In this document: positions 48,596-59,900 of the stretch, piece by piece | How the letters are laid out: every line of letters starts with the position of its first letter | Numbering within the stretch: the stretch's first letter is position 1 | DNA from: Oligoflexia bacterium | Lineage (GTDB): Bacteria > Bdellovibrionota > UBA1018 > CAIPTA01 | Assembly: GCA_023954355.1 (NCBI GenBank) | Contig: JAMLID010000003.1 | Coordinates: 21,270-85,269 of the forward strand | Direction: 5' to 3' | Length of the DNA: 64,000 bases | The notes under the pieces: generated by a model | Seen by the model: the letters and a program-made list of their open reading frames with translations, nothing else | Told to the model about the DNA's origin: nothing | Databases searched by the model: none | Translations under genes and position numbers: made by a program

Positions 48596-50653
48596 TTAGT
48601 TTCCAGCAACTGATGGAGTAAAGCTAAACGGATAAGAGACTTCTACTATTCCCCCACCTACAGGCTCAGGAAAAACAATCTTTTTCAAGATTCCTGTTAA
48701 ACATCTCTCTACATTAGCGTTTCCAATATCAGAAGATTTAACACCAGCAACACTAACTCTACCCGAGCCTGAGATCACAAACTGGGTGAGAATTCTACCC
48801 TTTAGATTTGGAGATGAATTGAGCTCTTTTACATAGCAATATCGAATTTGCGGCATATGTCTTCTAATAATTTCATCAATGAGTCCCTTATCTAGGCCTC
48901 CCATGATGATTGTCTCAGACGCATTACCTACTTCTACGTTAGGTCTGCCTCCTCCGACACCAGTTCCGGCTAGGTTTCCTCCACTGCCAATGGCTCCTAC
49001 TCCACTACCTTTTTCACCATCACCAATGCCTTTGGTTCCCAGACCTTCAACCGTTGCAGAGGTACCACCCCCACCAGTTCCTGATCCTAGATTACCTAAA
49101 CCACCATTTCCTTCGGTAGTGAAAGCACCATATCCCCTCAGTCTTTGCCCTGCAGAACTTGCACCCTTACCTGCAGCCGCAAGATTTTTATTGATGTTTC
49201 CACCAATATCACTGAATAGAGCTTCTACGTTTCCACTTCCTTGAACCGCACTTTTCGCATTTGTAGGTGCGCTTGGGCTTCCCTTAGAGGCATACATCCC
49301 ACGAGCAGCTTTGGGTTTATTCGGCTCTCCCTTACGGCCTTCCGTTCCTTTGGCTCTTGCACCTTCGCCTTCATCCCCACCAGCTGCTTTTGCAGGTTTT
49401 CCTTTTACTTGGTTAACTGCTTGCACTGGCTTTTCTGTTGGCTTTGTCTTCACTGGCTGAGGCTTAACTGCCGGCTTTACTTCTTTTGGAAGCTCCTTAG
49501 GAGGAGGCGGCAGCTTCTTAGGTGGAGGCGGAGGAGGAGGCGGCTTCTTCTCAGGCTCTACCTTCGGCTCAGGTGGCTTCGGCTGCGGCGGCTGTTTCAC
49601 CGGCGGAGGCGGAGTCACAGGTTTAAAAATAATATTTGCTACCCTTGGCGGCAGCTCTTCAGTTTCTAATTCTTCTGCTGGCTGCACTACTGAAAGCAAA
49701 GAAACAATGGCTGCAGTCATAAGAAGTGAAGTAATCCAAATTTTAAAATAAAAAGGATCTCTTTCTAAAATTCTTTGTGGCTTTAAATGTGGAGGAACAG
49801 GAGTAAAACTTACAAAAAAAGTAATCCCCCTAAAGGTAATTTTAGCTAAGTCATTCTGCTGAAGCGCAATCGTATTGCTTCCGTAATCTTCAATAGGAAT
49901 CACTCTTTTTCCTGTACGAATGACTCCCGTCATATCGCCAGTGCAGTGAAGAGTTACGCCGTTAGAGAAACTGACAAAAGAAAAGTCAGAATGCATTCCG
50001 GGAACTAAAAATGTAGCTTTTTGTCCCTCGCCTAAAGTTACATCTTCTTTATCAACAAAGTGTTTTACATCAAGGATTACGTCGCCCCAATGCATGACAA
50101 CTTGAAGCGCTTGCTCGCCTGCAGAAGGATAATCGAAAATTTGAATAACGTTTCTCTCGTCTTCTAAAATGAGTGGCTTAAAATCTTCTTGCGCATCAAA
50201 AAATAGTTTTCTGCCACTAGAGCTTGTTTTAACAATCTCTTTAGGAATCTGCTTTTGCGCTTCTTGCATCGGTACTTTTTTGAACGTGATAGTAGCAAAA
50301 CCGACTTTTAACTCATCTCCGTCTTTTAGCTCTGAAACAAGAGTTTTTCGATCATTTAAAAATACTCCAGTTTCACTGGCCATATCGTAAACCTGAACAA
50401 GACCGGTCTCATCCATCTCTACGACCGCATGGACGTTAGAAACCGCATTTTGCTGAATCCGAATATCGCTTGATAGCGCACTACCAATCACGACCCTCTT
50501 CTTATTTACTTTATATGTTTTCTTGGACTCTTCTTTTCCTACGCCAACAATGACATTAAAAACGAGTACCCAATCAGAAACACCTACTTCGATTGACTGC
50601 TCTTGGCTCTTCTGACCTATTTGTTTATCGTCCATGGTTTCCTCCAAATTCAC
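48596..50653 (-). CDS. gltG: Gliding motility protein GltG/PglI-like (FHA, TM, Pro-rich, Gly-rich, TonB-C-like)
   Basis: FHA-like N-terminus, TM helix, PPP-rich linker, GGLD..I..IIRRH..QIRYCY..FPEP.GG..V.VSYPF C-terminal domain. Confidence 0.85.
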   Translation of the reverse strand: MNLEETMDDKQIGQKSQEQSIEVGVSDWVLVFNVIVGVGKEESKKTYKVNKKRVVIGSALSSDIRIQQNAVSNVHAVVEMDETGLVQVYDMASETGVFLNDRKTLVSELKDGDELKVGFATITFKKVPMQEAQKQIPKEIVKTSSSGRKLFFDAQEDFKPLILEDERNVIQIFDYPSAGEQALQVVMHWGDVILDVKHFVDKEDVTLGEGQKATFLVPGMHSDFSFVSFSNGVTLHCTGDMTGVIRTGKRVIPIEDYGSNTIALQQNDLAKITFRGITFFVSFTPVPPHLKPQRILERDPFYFKIWITSLLMTAAIVSLLSVVQPAEELETEELPPRVANIIFKPVTPPPPVKQPPQPKPPEPKVEPEKKPPPPPPPPKKLPPPPKELPKEVKPAVKPQPVKTKPTEKPVQAVNQVKGKPAKAAGGDEGEGARAKGTEGRKGEPNKPKAARGMYASKGSPSAPTNAKSAVQGSGNVEALFSDIGGNINKNLAAAGKGASSAGQRLRGYGAFTTEGNGGLGNLGSGTGGGGTSATVEGLGTKGIGDGEKGSGVGAIGSGGNLAGTGVGGGRPNVEVGNASETIIMGGLDKGLIDEIIRRHMPQIRYCYVKELNSSPNLKGRILTQFVISGSGRVSVAGVKSSDIGNANVERCLTGILKKIVFPEPVGGGIVEVSYPFSFTPSVAGN

Positions 50654-50961
50654 TCAATTAAGAGTGAATCTCGTATCAATTCCTTATGAAAATTCGGTCT
50701 TAACTTTAATAGACTTCCAAACTGCTTATCTGGAGGGCTTACTACGTACACCCCTTCAGGATTATTTCCAGAACCTTCAACCACAGCATCATCAAAAGAG
50801 ACCGTGGTTTTTTTACGGTAAATAATTGTAGGTTTTCCGTTAGCACTAGATTTAGTGGTAATGGTATCTTCAATTACCTGGTCTAAGTCATCGTCTGAAA
50901 TATCCATAGCGAAACAAGGTAAGACGATAAAATAAAACAATACTACTAAAATGATTTTCAT
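50650..50961 (-). CDS. gltF: Gliding motility protein GltF/CglF-like
   Basis: Signal peptide, YRKKTTVSFDDAVVEG..PEG..FGSLLKLRPNF. Confidence 0.8.
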   Translation of the reverse strand: MKIILVVLFYFIVLPCFAMDISDDDLDQVIEDTITTKSSANGKPTIIYRKKTTVSFDDAVVEGSGNNPEGVYVVSPPDKQFGSLLKLRPNFHKELIRDSLLIE

Positions 50962-53900
50962 TTTTCCCCCTTGCCGGCCCAGTGATCCAAAACAATTTTA
51001 GCGTATGGATTCGAAGAAATTGAATCTAACTGAGACTTCGCAGCCGATTTATCACCTTTAGCTAAAGCAAGAGTTGCTTTGGCAAATTTTCCGTCATCTC
51101 CAGGAATATCATCAATAATTCCTGCATTTACCTGAGAGACCCTACCCATAGCTAAGTTAGAAAGAGAAAGACCTCTCTTAATTTCCTGGTCATTAGGTGC
51201 ACGTACTTCTAATTGACGATACGCCAAATTAGCATGCCTCCATAAACCACTAGCCATCTGAATTCTTGCAGAATTTTTCTTAGACGGTAAAAAGAACTCA
51301 TCCACAGCAAGTGCTGATTTAAATCCAGCATAAGCACTTACTATGTCACCCGATCGACCTTTTAAATAAGCAAGATTGTTAATTGCAGGAGCAAACTTCT
51401 TATTTTTCTGTATAGCATACAAATAAAAAATCTCTGCCAATTCAGCTTCACCTCTAGCTAAGTGCCAATTACCTATACTAAGCCATGCATTTAAGTCTGT
51501 TTGGTTTGCACGAAGAGCATTGCGTTTTGAATCCAACTCATCTTGCGATCTAGGAATCGCACCAGCAATCCAGTCTGTAGGATTTTTCCAATCCAAAGAC
51601 TGAACCAAAGGTAAACGATCTGGCTTTGCCGACTCAAGAGTATAAAGTAAATACGTATTAGCCATCACTGAACCTACAACTTGTAACTGCTCACCTTTTT
51701 GTAAGGCTGTCTCTAATGTTTCACTCACCTTTACATAAACAGGTTTAGCTACATTCACTAATTGAGCTTTAAATTTTGCTTTGTCCTCTGGGCTAAAGTC
51801 AGAAGGTATAGGTGCTGACTCTAGGCTTTGAGCAAAAGTCTTATAAGCCAATGCCATTCTCTTAAATGCTTCTACCCCCCAAGTACCATCACCGAAATCC
51901 ATGACCTCTATATAGCCTTTATTTAATCTTTCAAGAGCTGCAAGTTTCGCATTGATATCATCCTTTAATCTTTTTTCTGGGAGACGAAGAGGTGAGTTTT
52001 CAAACGCTTCTTCTAAAGGTCTTAATAACTCTAATCTTGCTCTTGCACCATAACCAAGCTCTTCTGCTGAAGCTTGTTTACCTTGAGCTTTCACTTTTGA
52101 AATAGCAGTTCGATAGTAGGATTGAGCTTTTTCTTCTTCTTTTAATGTTAAGTATAGGGCAGCAGATTCCATGGTTGCTCCCACTGTATGATCACCCTTA
52201 GGAAATACCGCAATATACTTCTGATATGCTTTAATAGCTTCAGTAGGATTATCTTCTTGAAGCTTTTTAGCAGTATCAAATAAAAATTCACCTGCAATAC
52301 TCAAAGCCGCTACAATACCTTGGTTGGCCGCATCTACAATTAATTTATAATCGTTTGCGGCTTCTTCAGAATCTTTAATTGCTGTACGTAAAAGGGCAGC
52401 CGAGCGAATTGCTTCTAAAGCTTCTTCTTGTGATGACTTGGATAGTTTTTTTAGATTTTTTTGATAGTTATTATAAAATTGCTCGTATACCCCAGCCGCT
52501 TGCGCATATTTTCCTGATAAAAATAATTCATTTCCATAGCCGATAATATTTTTCTCGATCGATTTATTTCCCGGCTTAGAAGCAAGCATTTGAAAATAAA
52601 CTCTTAGCTCATTCTCACGATCGCCTGCTTTTTCATAGCTTACAGCTGCATTGTTTAATGCTTTTTCTCTAACCTCTGCGTCACGTGAATCTTTTGCTAA
52701 TTTTTCATATGCAGATGCTGCTGAAGCAAAGTCTTGATTTTGCTCCACCCCTTTAACTTTTTGAAATTGAGCTCTTGATACAATTGACTCTAACTTTTTC
52801 TTAAACTCTCCGTTCTTATCTCTTGAGAGAAGTGGTTTATTTTGTAAAAAATTAGAAGCTAAAGATTCTGCTTCGGCATAGTTTTTCTTTTCCTCTGCTT
52901 CTTTTAATAAAGTGCTTGCTGCATCCCATGCCTGAGTAGTTCTTGGATACTTTTCAATAATTTTATGCAATCTAGGCTTGGCCTCAGCATCGCGACCAGA
53001 TGTTACTAAAATACCGGCAGCTCTTGCTTCGTACTGAGGAGCGTTTTTGTCATCTGGATATTGAGAAACATAAGTGTCAATTGCAGCGATGACTTGATCA
53101 CCATCTTCTTGAGATAGCTTTTTGTTCTTACCTTTTTGATTAAAATAAGAGTCAATCGAATAAACCATCGCAGCGGCAGAATCTTTTCCGTATTTTGCGT
53201 ACGATTTTTCAGATTTTGACAGCTCCATAATTTCTTTATGAATAGCAGCTGCCTGTTTGTGCTGACCCAGCTGAGAATATACATCTGCTAAATAGTAACG
53301 AATCTCAGCACTATCTTCTGCGTCTATCTTTGCAGCAAAGGCACTCAAATAGAGAGAATACAATTGCTCTGCTCTTTGAAAGGCAGCTTTAGGGTTCTTT
53401 GATTGGTTGCCCTCTTTATGCGCTAGAGTTGCAGCTTTACGAACCTGTGTCTTTAAAATTTCTACTTTTTCTGCATCTGGAGATTCAGCGTTGGTAACAA
53501 ACTCAGCTGTCATAGATCTTAAAAGTGCTGCTTGCCTTGTTCTATCACCTTTTGTTGTTGCTACGTTTAAACTGTTGACCATAATTTCAAAACGCTGCTC
53601 TTGTCCCTGTTTTGCAGCTTCGCCACCCATATCAAGTAATTGCTTATTAATAGAAAGGGCATCGCTATAACGACCCTGCTTTTGATAGTTTTCAGCAAGC
53701 TTTCTTAAATGAAGTACTCCTTCTTCTTCTCCAAATAGACCAACAAAAAATTCTCCAGCTTGTTTTGAGTTTCCGCCTTCGGTGTAAAACATAGCCAAAG
53801 ACTCGCCTGCATCTCTTTGAAGAGCAAGACCAGCTCTTGCTGCTTCTGCATTGTCTTTACCTGTCTCTATCGCTTCTTGCATTGAGCTAACCGCACCTTT

Positions 53901-54602
53901 GTACTCTCTTAACTTAAACTTACTCCAAGCTAACCCGTACAATATTCTAGGTCGTGCAGGTGTCTCACCTCTAGACAAGGCTCTTTCGTAATAGCTTTTG
54001 CTCAAACGAAAATCTCTTTTTGAAAAAGTATAATCTCCCATATAGCGATAGGCTTCTGAAGCAAACTTGCTATTTGGTTTTTCTTTCACTAAATTTTGGA
54101 AATTTTTAACGGCTTCGTTTTTATTACCTAACTCCCACTGATTAAAAGCAAGGTAATAATAAACCTCATCAATACGTTCATATTTGCCTTTTTGTTGAGG
54201 AATTTTTCCCAAAACATCTACGGCTTTTTTTAACCAAGTTTTAGAAACAGAGCTATCTAACACAGGCTTCTTCGTATATTTTTGTTTATTCAATGGAAGC
54301 TGAAGATAGCCATCCATTTTTTTAGACCAAATTTCATTTTCCTTAAAGAAAAAGAGTCTATATTTTTCTGTATACAATTCAGCCAAACGAAGCATTAAAT
54401 CTGGTTTTTGTTCTCTTGGGGCAGCTCTAGACAAAACCAATTGAAGTTGTTTAATTTCAGCATCTCTATACTGATCGATTCTTGCATCTTGCGGACTAAA
54501 TACTTTTGCAAACTCCTGTGAAGAATAAGCATAGACCACAGCGGGTGATCCAACCGCTAATAGTGCAAAAACGAAAAATGTCTGTTTAGGAAGTTTTCGC
54601 AT
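50958..54602 (-). CDS. Large TPR gliding protein GltD/AgmU-like with GltE-like C-terminal TPR block
   Basis: Signal peptide, LRLAELY.EK, many TPRs, AQSLESAPIP..F...L...A.P segment; position upstream of gltF. Confidence 0.75.
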   Translation of the reverse strand: MRKLPKQTFFVFALLAVGSPAVVYAYSSQEFAKVFSPQDARIDQYRDAEIKQLQLVLSRAAPREQKPDLMLRLAELYTEKYRLFFFKENEIWSKKMDGYLQLPLNKQKYTKKPVLDSSVSKTWLKKAVDVLGKIPQQKGKYERIDEVYYYLAFNQWELGNKNEAVKNFQNLVKEKPNSKFASEAYRYMGDYTFSKRDFRLSKSYYERALSRGETPARPRILYGLAWSKFKLREYKGAVSSMQEAIETGKDNAEAARAGLALQRDAGESLAMFYTEGGNSKQAGEFFVGLFGEEEGVLHLRKLAENYQKQGRYSDALSINKQLLDMGGEAAKQGQEQRFEIMVNSLNVATTKGDRTRQAALLRSMTAEFVTNAESPDAEKVEILKTQVRKAATLAHKEGNQSKNPKAAFQRAEQLYSLYLSAFAAKIDAEDSAEIRYYLADVYSQLGQHKQAAAIHKEIMELSKSEKSYAKYGKDSAAAMVYSIDSYFNQKGKNKKLSQEDGDQVIAAIDTYVSQYPDDKNAPQYEARAAGILVTSGRDAEAKPRLHKIIEKYPRTTQAWDAASTLLKEAEEKKNYAEAESLASNFLQNKPLLSRDKNGEFKKKLESIVSRAQFQKVKGVEQNQDFASAASAYEKLAKDSRDAEVREKALNNAAVSYEKAGDRENELRVYFQMLASKPGNKSIEKNIIGYGNELFLSGKYAQAAGVYEQFYNNYQKNLKKLSKSSQEEALEAIRSAALLRTAIKDSEEAANDYKLIVDAANQGIVAALSIAGEFLFDTAKKLQEDNPTEAIKAYQKYIAVFPKGDHTVGATMESAALYLTLKEEEKAQSYYRTAISKVKAQGKQASAEELGYGARARLELLRPLEEAFENSPLRLPEKRLKDDINAKLAALERLNKGYIEVMDFGDGTWGVEAFKRMALAYKTFAQSLESAPIPSDFSPEDKAKFKAQLVNVAKPVYVKVSETLETALQKGEQLQVVGSVMANTYLLYTLESAKPDRLPLVQSLDWKNPTDWIAGAIPRSQDELDSKRNALRANQTDLNAWLSIGNWHLARGEAELAEIFYLYAIQKNKKFAPAINNLAYLKGRSGDIVSAYAGFKSALAVDEFFLPSKKNSARIQMASGLWRHANLAYRQLEVRAPNDQEIKRGLSLSNLAMGRVSQVNAGIIDDIPGDDGKFAKATLALAKGDKSAAKSQLDSISSNPYAKIVLDHWAGKGEK

Positions 54603-54616
54603 CTCTTAGTTCCCCT

Positions 54617-56161
54617 TTAATAACACTCTGGTCTCAACGCAAACACATAATCTCCTAGCTCATCTGCCCAGAACTCGCCGTTAAATTGCCAAAAATATTG
54701 ATCATTTCTAGTGTAGGGCTTACCTAAAGAGCCCCTCTTCTTATTACCCCAGACATCTTCACCAACGTTCACATTTACAGCGAGTCTTTCTACTTGTGAT
54801 CTTGCACGACGAAGCATTTCTAATTTAACAATATCAATAGTACTCACATTCGCAATTAAGCTTTTATATTCAGTTGCCAATCGATCGCGGATAAAAATAC
54901 CACCAAGCTCTTGTGATGTCTGCCAGCGCCAATTTAAAACCTCTCGTAAAAACCCACCAAGACCTCTGCGTCCAGCGTTACCTAAACTAGAAAGGTACTC
55001 TAATTCTTTACGAATTTTGTTTCCTGACTGCGCTAAATCTACAAAATATGGTGAACGAACAAATCTACTCATCACCTGGTGCATAGGATTCTCACTATAT
55101 ACAGAGCGATTCATCGCCTCTACTCCTCTTTGAAAGAGTCTAACAAGGCCTCGGAGTGAGCCTCCAGCCGCTTCATCAAGCATCGCTTTCATTTGCTGCC
55201 CAACAGCTCCATACTTTTTCATAAAAGCATCTGATTCTTTTTCTACATCATCATAAAGACACATCTGCAGATAACTAATCGCTCTAAGCATTTCGATTTC
55301 AGAGTCGTGAAACCAAGACAATCCAGGTGCCTTATAAGAAACTAATCTACCTAATGCTCTATTGTAATCACCTCTAGCGATAGAATTCCACGCTCTCTCG
55401 TACTGAATTTGTGGCCAAACAAACGATTTGATTTCTACTCTTTCATACCAGTTTTCTGCTTCGTTGTAATTTTTGCCCTGATAATAGCCTCTAGCGATTC
55501 CAGCCAAGCATCGATTTTTTAGCTCATAAGCTTCTTGCTTGGTTTGGCTACCTCGATAAGAACCAGATTCTGCGTTGTTTGCACATGCTTTAAAGTCATT
55601 AATACCAGACTCTACTGCACCAACCATTAAATATGCAGTTCCTCTTAAAAAAAGTGCGGCAGGATATTTCACAAATGTAGAGTTCATATCAGTTACTGCA
55701 CGTATAACGTCATGAGGTCTTTGCTGGTGTAAATGATCTTGAGCAATGAAATATAGAAAATAGTCTCTTCCTTCTCTGGGATACTGATCTTCTTTTGTAT
55801 ATTTAAGAGCGTATTTTTTAAAAAGAACCCCACCCACATTATCTACAAGCTGCCTTGTACCTCTTAGAGCCATGCGAATCGTTCCATCATCACCATCACT
55901 AATAGCTTTTAAGAAAAAATACGCTGCTGATTGATACATTTTTTGACCAATTAAGGCATTACTAATATAAGCATAAGCCATTCCTCTATTACCTGGAGTC
56001 TCGGCTCTTTGAAGTGCCTGAAAGTAATATCTGGCTGCTTGAAAGTATTGAGCGCGTCTTTCAAATTTCATACCTTCTCTTAAATAATCTTGAGAAGTGT
56101 ACGCAGCAAAAGCACTGCTACTTAGACTAAGTAGTAAAAATAAAGATAATATTCCCTTCAT
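54617..56161 (-). CDS. TPR gliding protein, GltC-like
   Basis: Signal peptide, TPRs, YERAW..ALG.L, C-terminal YFWQFNGEFWADELGDY..RPEC. Confidence 0.75.
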   Translation of the reverse strand: MKGILSLFLLLSLSSSAFAAYTSQDYLREGMKFERRAQYFQAARYYFQALQRAETPGNRGMAYAYISNALIGQKMYQSAAYFFLKAISDGDDGTIRMALRGTRQLVDNVGGVLFKKYALKYTKEDQYPREGRDYFLYFIAQDHLHQQRPHDVIRAVTDMNSTFVKYPAALFLRGTAYLMVGAVESGINDFKACANNAESGSYRGSQTKQEAYELKNRCLAGIARGYYQGKNYNEAENWYERVEIKSFVWPQIQYERAWNSIARGDYNRALGRLVSYKAPGLSWFHDSEIEMLRAISYLQMCLYDDVEKESDAFMKKYGAVGQQMKAMLDEAAGGSLRGLVRLFQRGVEAMNRSVYSENPMHQVMSRFVRSPYFVDLAQSGNKIRKELEYLSSLGNAGRRGLGGFLREVLNWRWQTSQELGGIFIRDRLATEYKSLIANVSTIDIVKLEMLRRARSQVERLAVNVNVGEDVWGNKKRGSLGKPYTRNDQYFWQFNGEFWADELGDYVFALRPECY

Positions 56162-56175
56162 CTGCCCTCCGTGGC

Positions 56176-56910
56176 CTAAAAGGTGTAACTGAGTCCCAGT
56201 GTTACATAATGGTTATCGTATGTTTCTTCTGTAGCACCCAAGGCTGTGGTAAAATTACCATTTAGCCCAGTAGGTGCTTTATAAAACATCGCTAGATAAT
56301 CTAATCTAGCCGCAAAATTTCTCGTAATAAAAAACTTCTGCCCAGTTCCCCAATGAAAAGAGAAATGAGAAGACTCTTGAATTCTAGGATTACCTGTACT
56401 GCTAGTATTTAAATCAATTTCAGTCGATGCTTGACCAACCCCTAGCTCAAAGTGCCAATCAATATATAAGATTTGATTGAAGATATTAATTTTTCCATAA
56501 AACGGTAACCAAACAATCGAGCCTCCGTAAAAACTCTGCACGTCTCTAACCGCTGGAACTACTGAGCTCACTGTTTTAAGTGCAACGAAATTATCGTTTT
56601 CACTATTTGAATTAAATCCCGCTAAGGCCGACACTGCCCATGTTTCATTAATATAGAAAAATGCGCGAGGAAGAAAAATTCTTCTCTTTCTATAGGGCTC
56701 ACCGATTCCCACACCGCCACTCAGCGCAAGCTCTAGGCGACCCTTTTTTAAATACTTTCTATTTTGTACAACGTAAATTTTCTTATCTGGATCTAACCAA
56801 GAAAAGTCATATTCATCAGGTGTTCCTGTCGAATAATCATCATCGGCCGCATGCGCAGCAGACATAAAGTTAGCTATAACTAAAAAAAAGGTTACGACTT
56901 TCCACAACAT
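56176..56910 (-). CDS. Outer-membrane beta-barrel, GltA/B-like
   Basis: ATG 56910 after GGGGG; signal peptide; VVQNRKY.K.GRLE, W.PFYGK, terminal LGLSYTF. Confidence 0.78.
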   Translation of the reverse strand: MLWKVVTFFLVIANFMSAAHAADDDYSTGTPDEYDFSWLDPDKKIYVVQNRKYLKKGRLELALSGGVGIGEPYRKRRIFLPRAFFYINETWAVSALAGFNSNSENDNFVALKTVSSVVPAVRDVQSFYGGSIVWLPFYGKINIFNQILYIDWHFELGVGQASTEIDLNTSSTGNPRIQESSHFSFHWGTGQKFFITRNFAARLDYLAMFYKAPTGLNGNFTTALGATEETYDNHYVTLGLSYTF

Positions 56911-56943
56911 ATTTTCCCCCATCCATGGTGGTTGCAGCATCAG

Positions 56944-59900
56944 CTAAGAAAATCGTAACACAAAATTTCTTCCAACATTACAACGGTCTACATACGGACA
57001 AGAAAAACATGCATTTTGTCCTTCCACAGATAGGCGCAACGCAGCATTACTACCATTTAGTAGCGTGTAATTTTCATCCATTTTCTTCAAAAGATCTCGT
57101 AAATCGTCCTCAAATTGAGGATTTTCATTTGATAGAGTGTAAAAATCCATATTGTCTAAATCTATGAGCAAACCACTCACGTTTTCGTCTTTATATCCGG
57201 AAGACTGTAGGTATCTCTTCCACGCTAATAAATAAATTAGCAACTGATTCTCATATTTTGCTAAATTTTCTTCTGTTATTTTCGATTTATAATCTACAAC
57301 GATCCACTGATTTTTTGCGATTTTCACTACCCTATCGATAGCACCAGATAAATAAAAATCATTTATTTTAAATTGGAAAGGGAATTCTGAATGAACTTCA
57401 CTCGCTTCAAAGAAAATCTGCCTACCCTCTCTAGAGGAAAATAATTTCTGAAGAGTCTTAACTCCATCATCAACCAATTCATCTAAATCGCTATTCTCTA
57501 CCGAGACAAAACTGCCATACTCGTCTCTCAGCCAAGTACGAATAGTTTCTTCCGTTGGCTCTTTTTGAGACACGCGCTCTAAAACCCTATGTAGAATGAT
57601 TCCTCGATCTTTTCTCTCTAAGCCTAATGATTGTAATTTTTTTTGAATTTCTCCAGGGCGAGCTCTGCGCTTTCTAATAACTTTTTCTAAATCGTCGTGT
57701 TTTTTATATTTTTGAACAATTAAGTCTTCCCATTTCTTAATAAATTTTAATTTATGAAATTCTGCACAACTCATATAACCAACTACTTCGGATGTAGTTA
57801 GTTTTCTTTCTTTCTTTACTTTGACTTTGGCATGCTCTACTAATCTAGATGTAATTCGTGATGAATGCGCACTTTCTAATACCACAAACGTTTCTGATTT
57901 TTCATTTTCCACTACAGAACTCTTAGAAAAAATTTCTGTCAACCAATCTAACCAAGAGTTCTTTTTATTTTTATACTTATCACCATATGGTGCCAACATA
58001 TAAATTTCTTTTTCTGCTCTAGTGATTGCTACGTAAAGCTGTCTTTTCGATTCTGCTAAATCTCTTAATTTTATTTGCTCAGAAATTTCAGTGACAACTT
58101 TCTCGTCTTTCTCTTCTGGATCTCTAAGACAAATACCTACACGTGGCAAAATACGTAAATTTTCTTTTATAGAAGAGGGTGCCGCACCCAAATCAGGCAA
58201 AATAACAACAGGAAACTCAAGTCCCTTAGAGGCATGTACTGTCATAATTTTGAGCATTCCACCCCCTGAAGGCACGGGCATTATTGCTTCATCACTTTTT
58301 TCTGAGTCACTCGCCCAACCAGACCATTCACTAAACCTCTCTATAATCTCTGTGCGAGTTTTTTCACTTTCTTCTAGGGCACTTAGGTAAGCAGTGATTT
58401 TTTCAATCTGAAGACGGTCAGATAAGCCTAAAGGATACTTTTCAAATCCTTTATTCATTATGACAGAAATACTTTCAAACTGACTGATAGATCTTAAATA
58501 GGTAAGAAACGGAAGCTTCTCTTTCGTTACAAAAGCACTCAAGCCCTGCTTTTCAGAAATTGCTTTTCTTAATACTAAAATCTCTTCTTCTGTTTTTCTC
58601 TCCCAGGGCGATCTCAAATAGGCAACTAATGCAAGCTCGCTCTCAGGCAAATACACTGCTCTTAATAAGGTTACACTATCGATGGTGATTTGCTGTCCAA
58701 AAAGCCCTTTGCTAGAGGTAATAGAATACGGAATATTCGCCTGACTTAATGCTTTAAAAAAAGTGTCGTTTCCCGATATCTTTTTAAAAAGAACCGCTAT
58801 TTGATCTAAAGCTCGTCCTTCTTTTTGAAGTTTTTGAATTAAGCGAACTAAAACAATTGATTCTTGATCTAGCGTTTTTTCTCTTGTTGTTTCGTCTACA
58901 GAGTAACTTACTTGTACAACTCTGCCTTCATCTTCTTTTTTACCCTTAACCTCTACTGCACTAGCTTCGAAAGAAGCCTTTTCTTCACTCTCTTTAGGAA
59001 ACAAAAATGAGGTCGCGTCATTAACAAACTGAATAATTTTTCTATTAGATCTGTAATTTACATCAAGCTCGATCAAATCACCTTTATTGTTTTTTACATC
59101 TTTTTTTGTACTTTCAAAAACTTCAATATCTGCATTTCTAAATCGGTAGATTGATTGCTTACCATCACCTACACAAACAAACTGACACCCTTCTCCCGAT
59201 GACAGGCTACCAACTATTTGTTTTTGTATAGAGTTTGTATCTTGAAACTCGTCTATTAAGACTAGCTTTAATTCCTTTTTAACTTGTTCTAGGCAGTGAC
59301 TTTTCTGCAAAATATGTATGGCATTTTTTTCAAGATCATTAAAGTCTATAACATTAAGTTCAGATTTTTTTTCTTCAACATAAATTTGAAAATCTTTATA
59401 GAGTGAAAATAAGCTTTTTAATAAATTTCCGCTCGCTTCTGAAGAAAGTAAATAATCATTCTGATTTTTAGAACCTTGGAAAGTATCCATATAAAAAGAA
59501 ATTTCTTCATTTAAGATCAATTTCTCTTTATATAAAGTAACGAGATAAGAGGCGATTTTTTTCCTGTCGTAAACTCTCATCAAATCACTGAGATGATCAT
59601 ATAGATGCTCTGGACATTGATTAAAGAAATTTTCTGTAACCTCTTCTAAAAGAAGTCGGCTCATTTTCTCATCTAAAAGCTCAAAGTGAGGATTAACAGG
59701 TGATTCACCAGGAAAATCCGCAATTATTTTTGCACATAACCCATGCACCGTACTAACTCTTGACGTAACTCTAGCAATAAAAGAAGTAGAAAACTCTTTC
59801 TCGCCACTGAGAGCTCGAAAAAGCCTCTTACGTAACTCTTCTGCAGATTTTTCAGTAAAAGAAATCGCATAGAAGCTATCCGATGCATCTTCTTGCATTT

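Noticed and set aside
48879-49669. Plus-strand Pro-rich and Arg-rich ORFs (121 and 142 aa)
   Set aside because: Antisense shadows of the Gly-rich and Pro-rich regions of gltG
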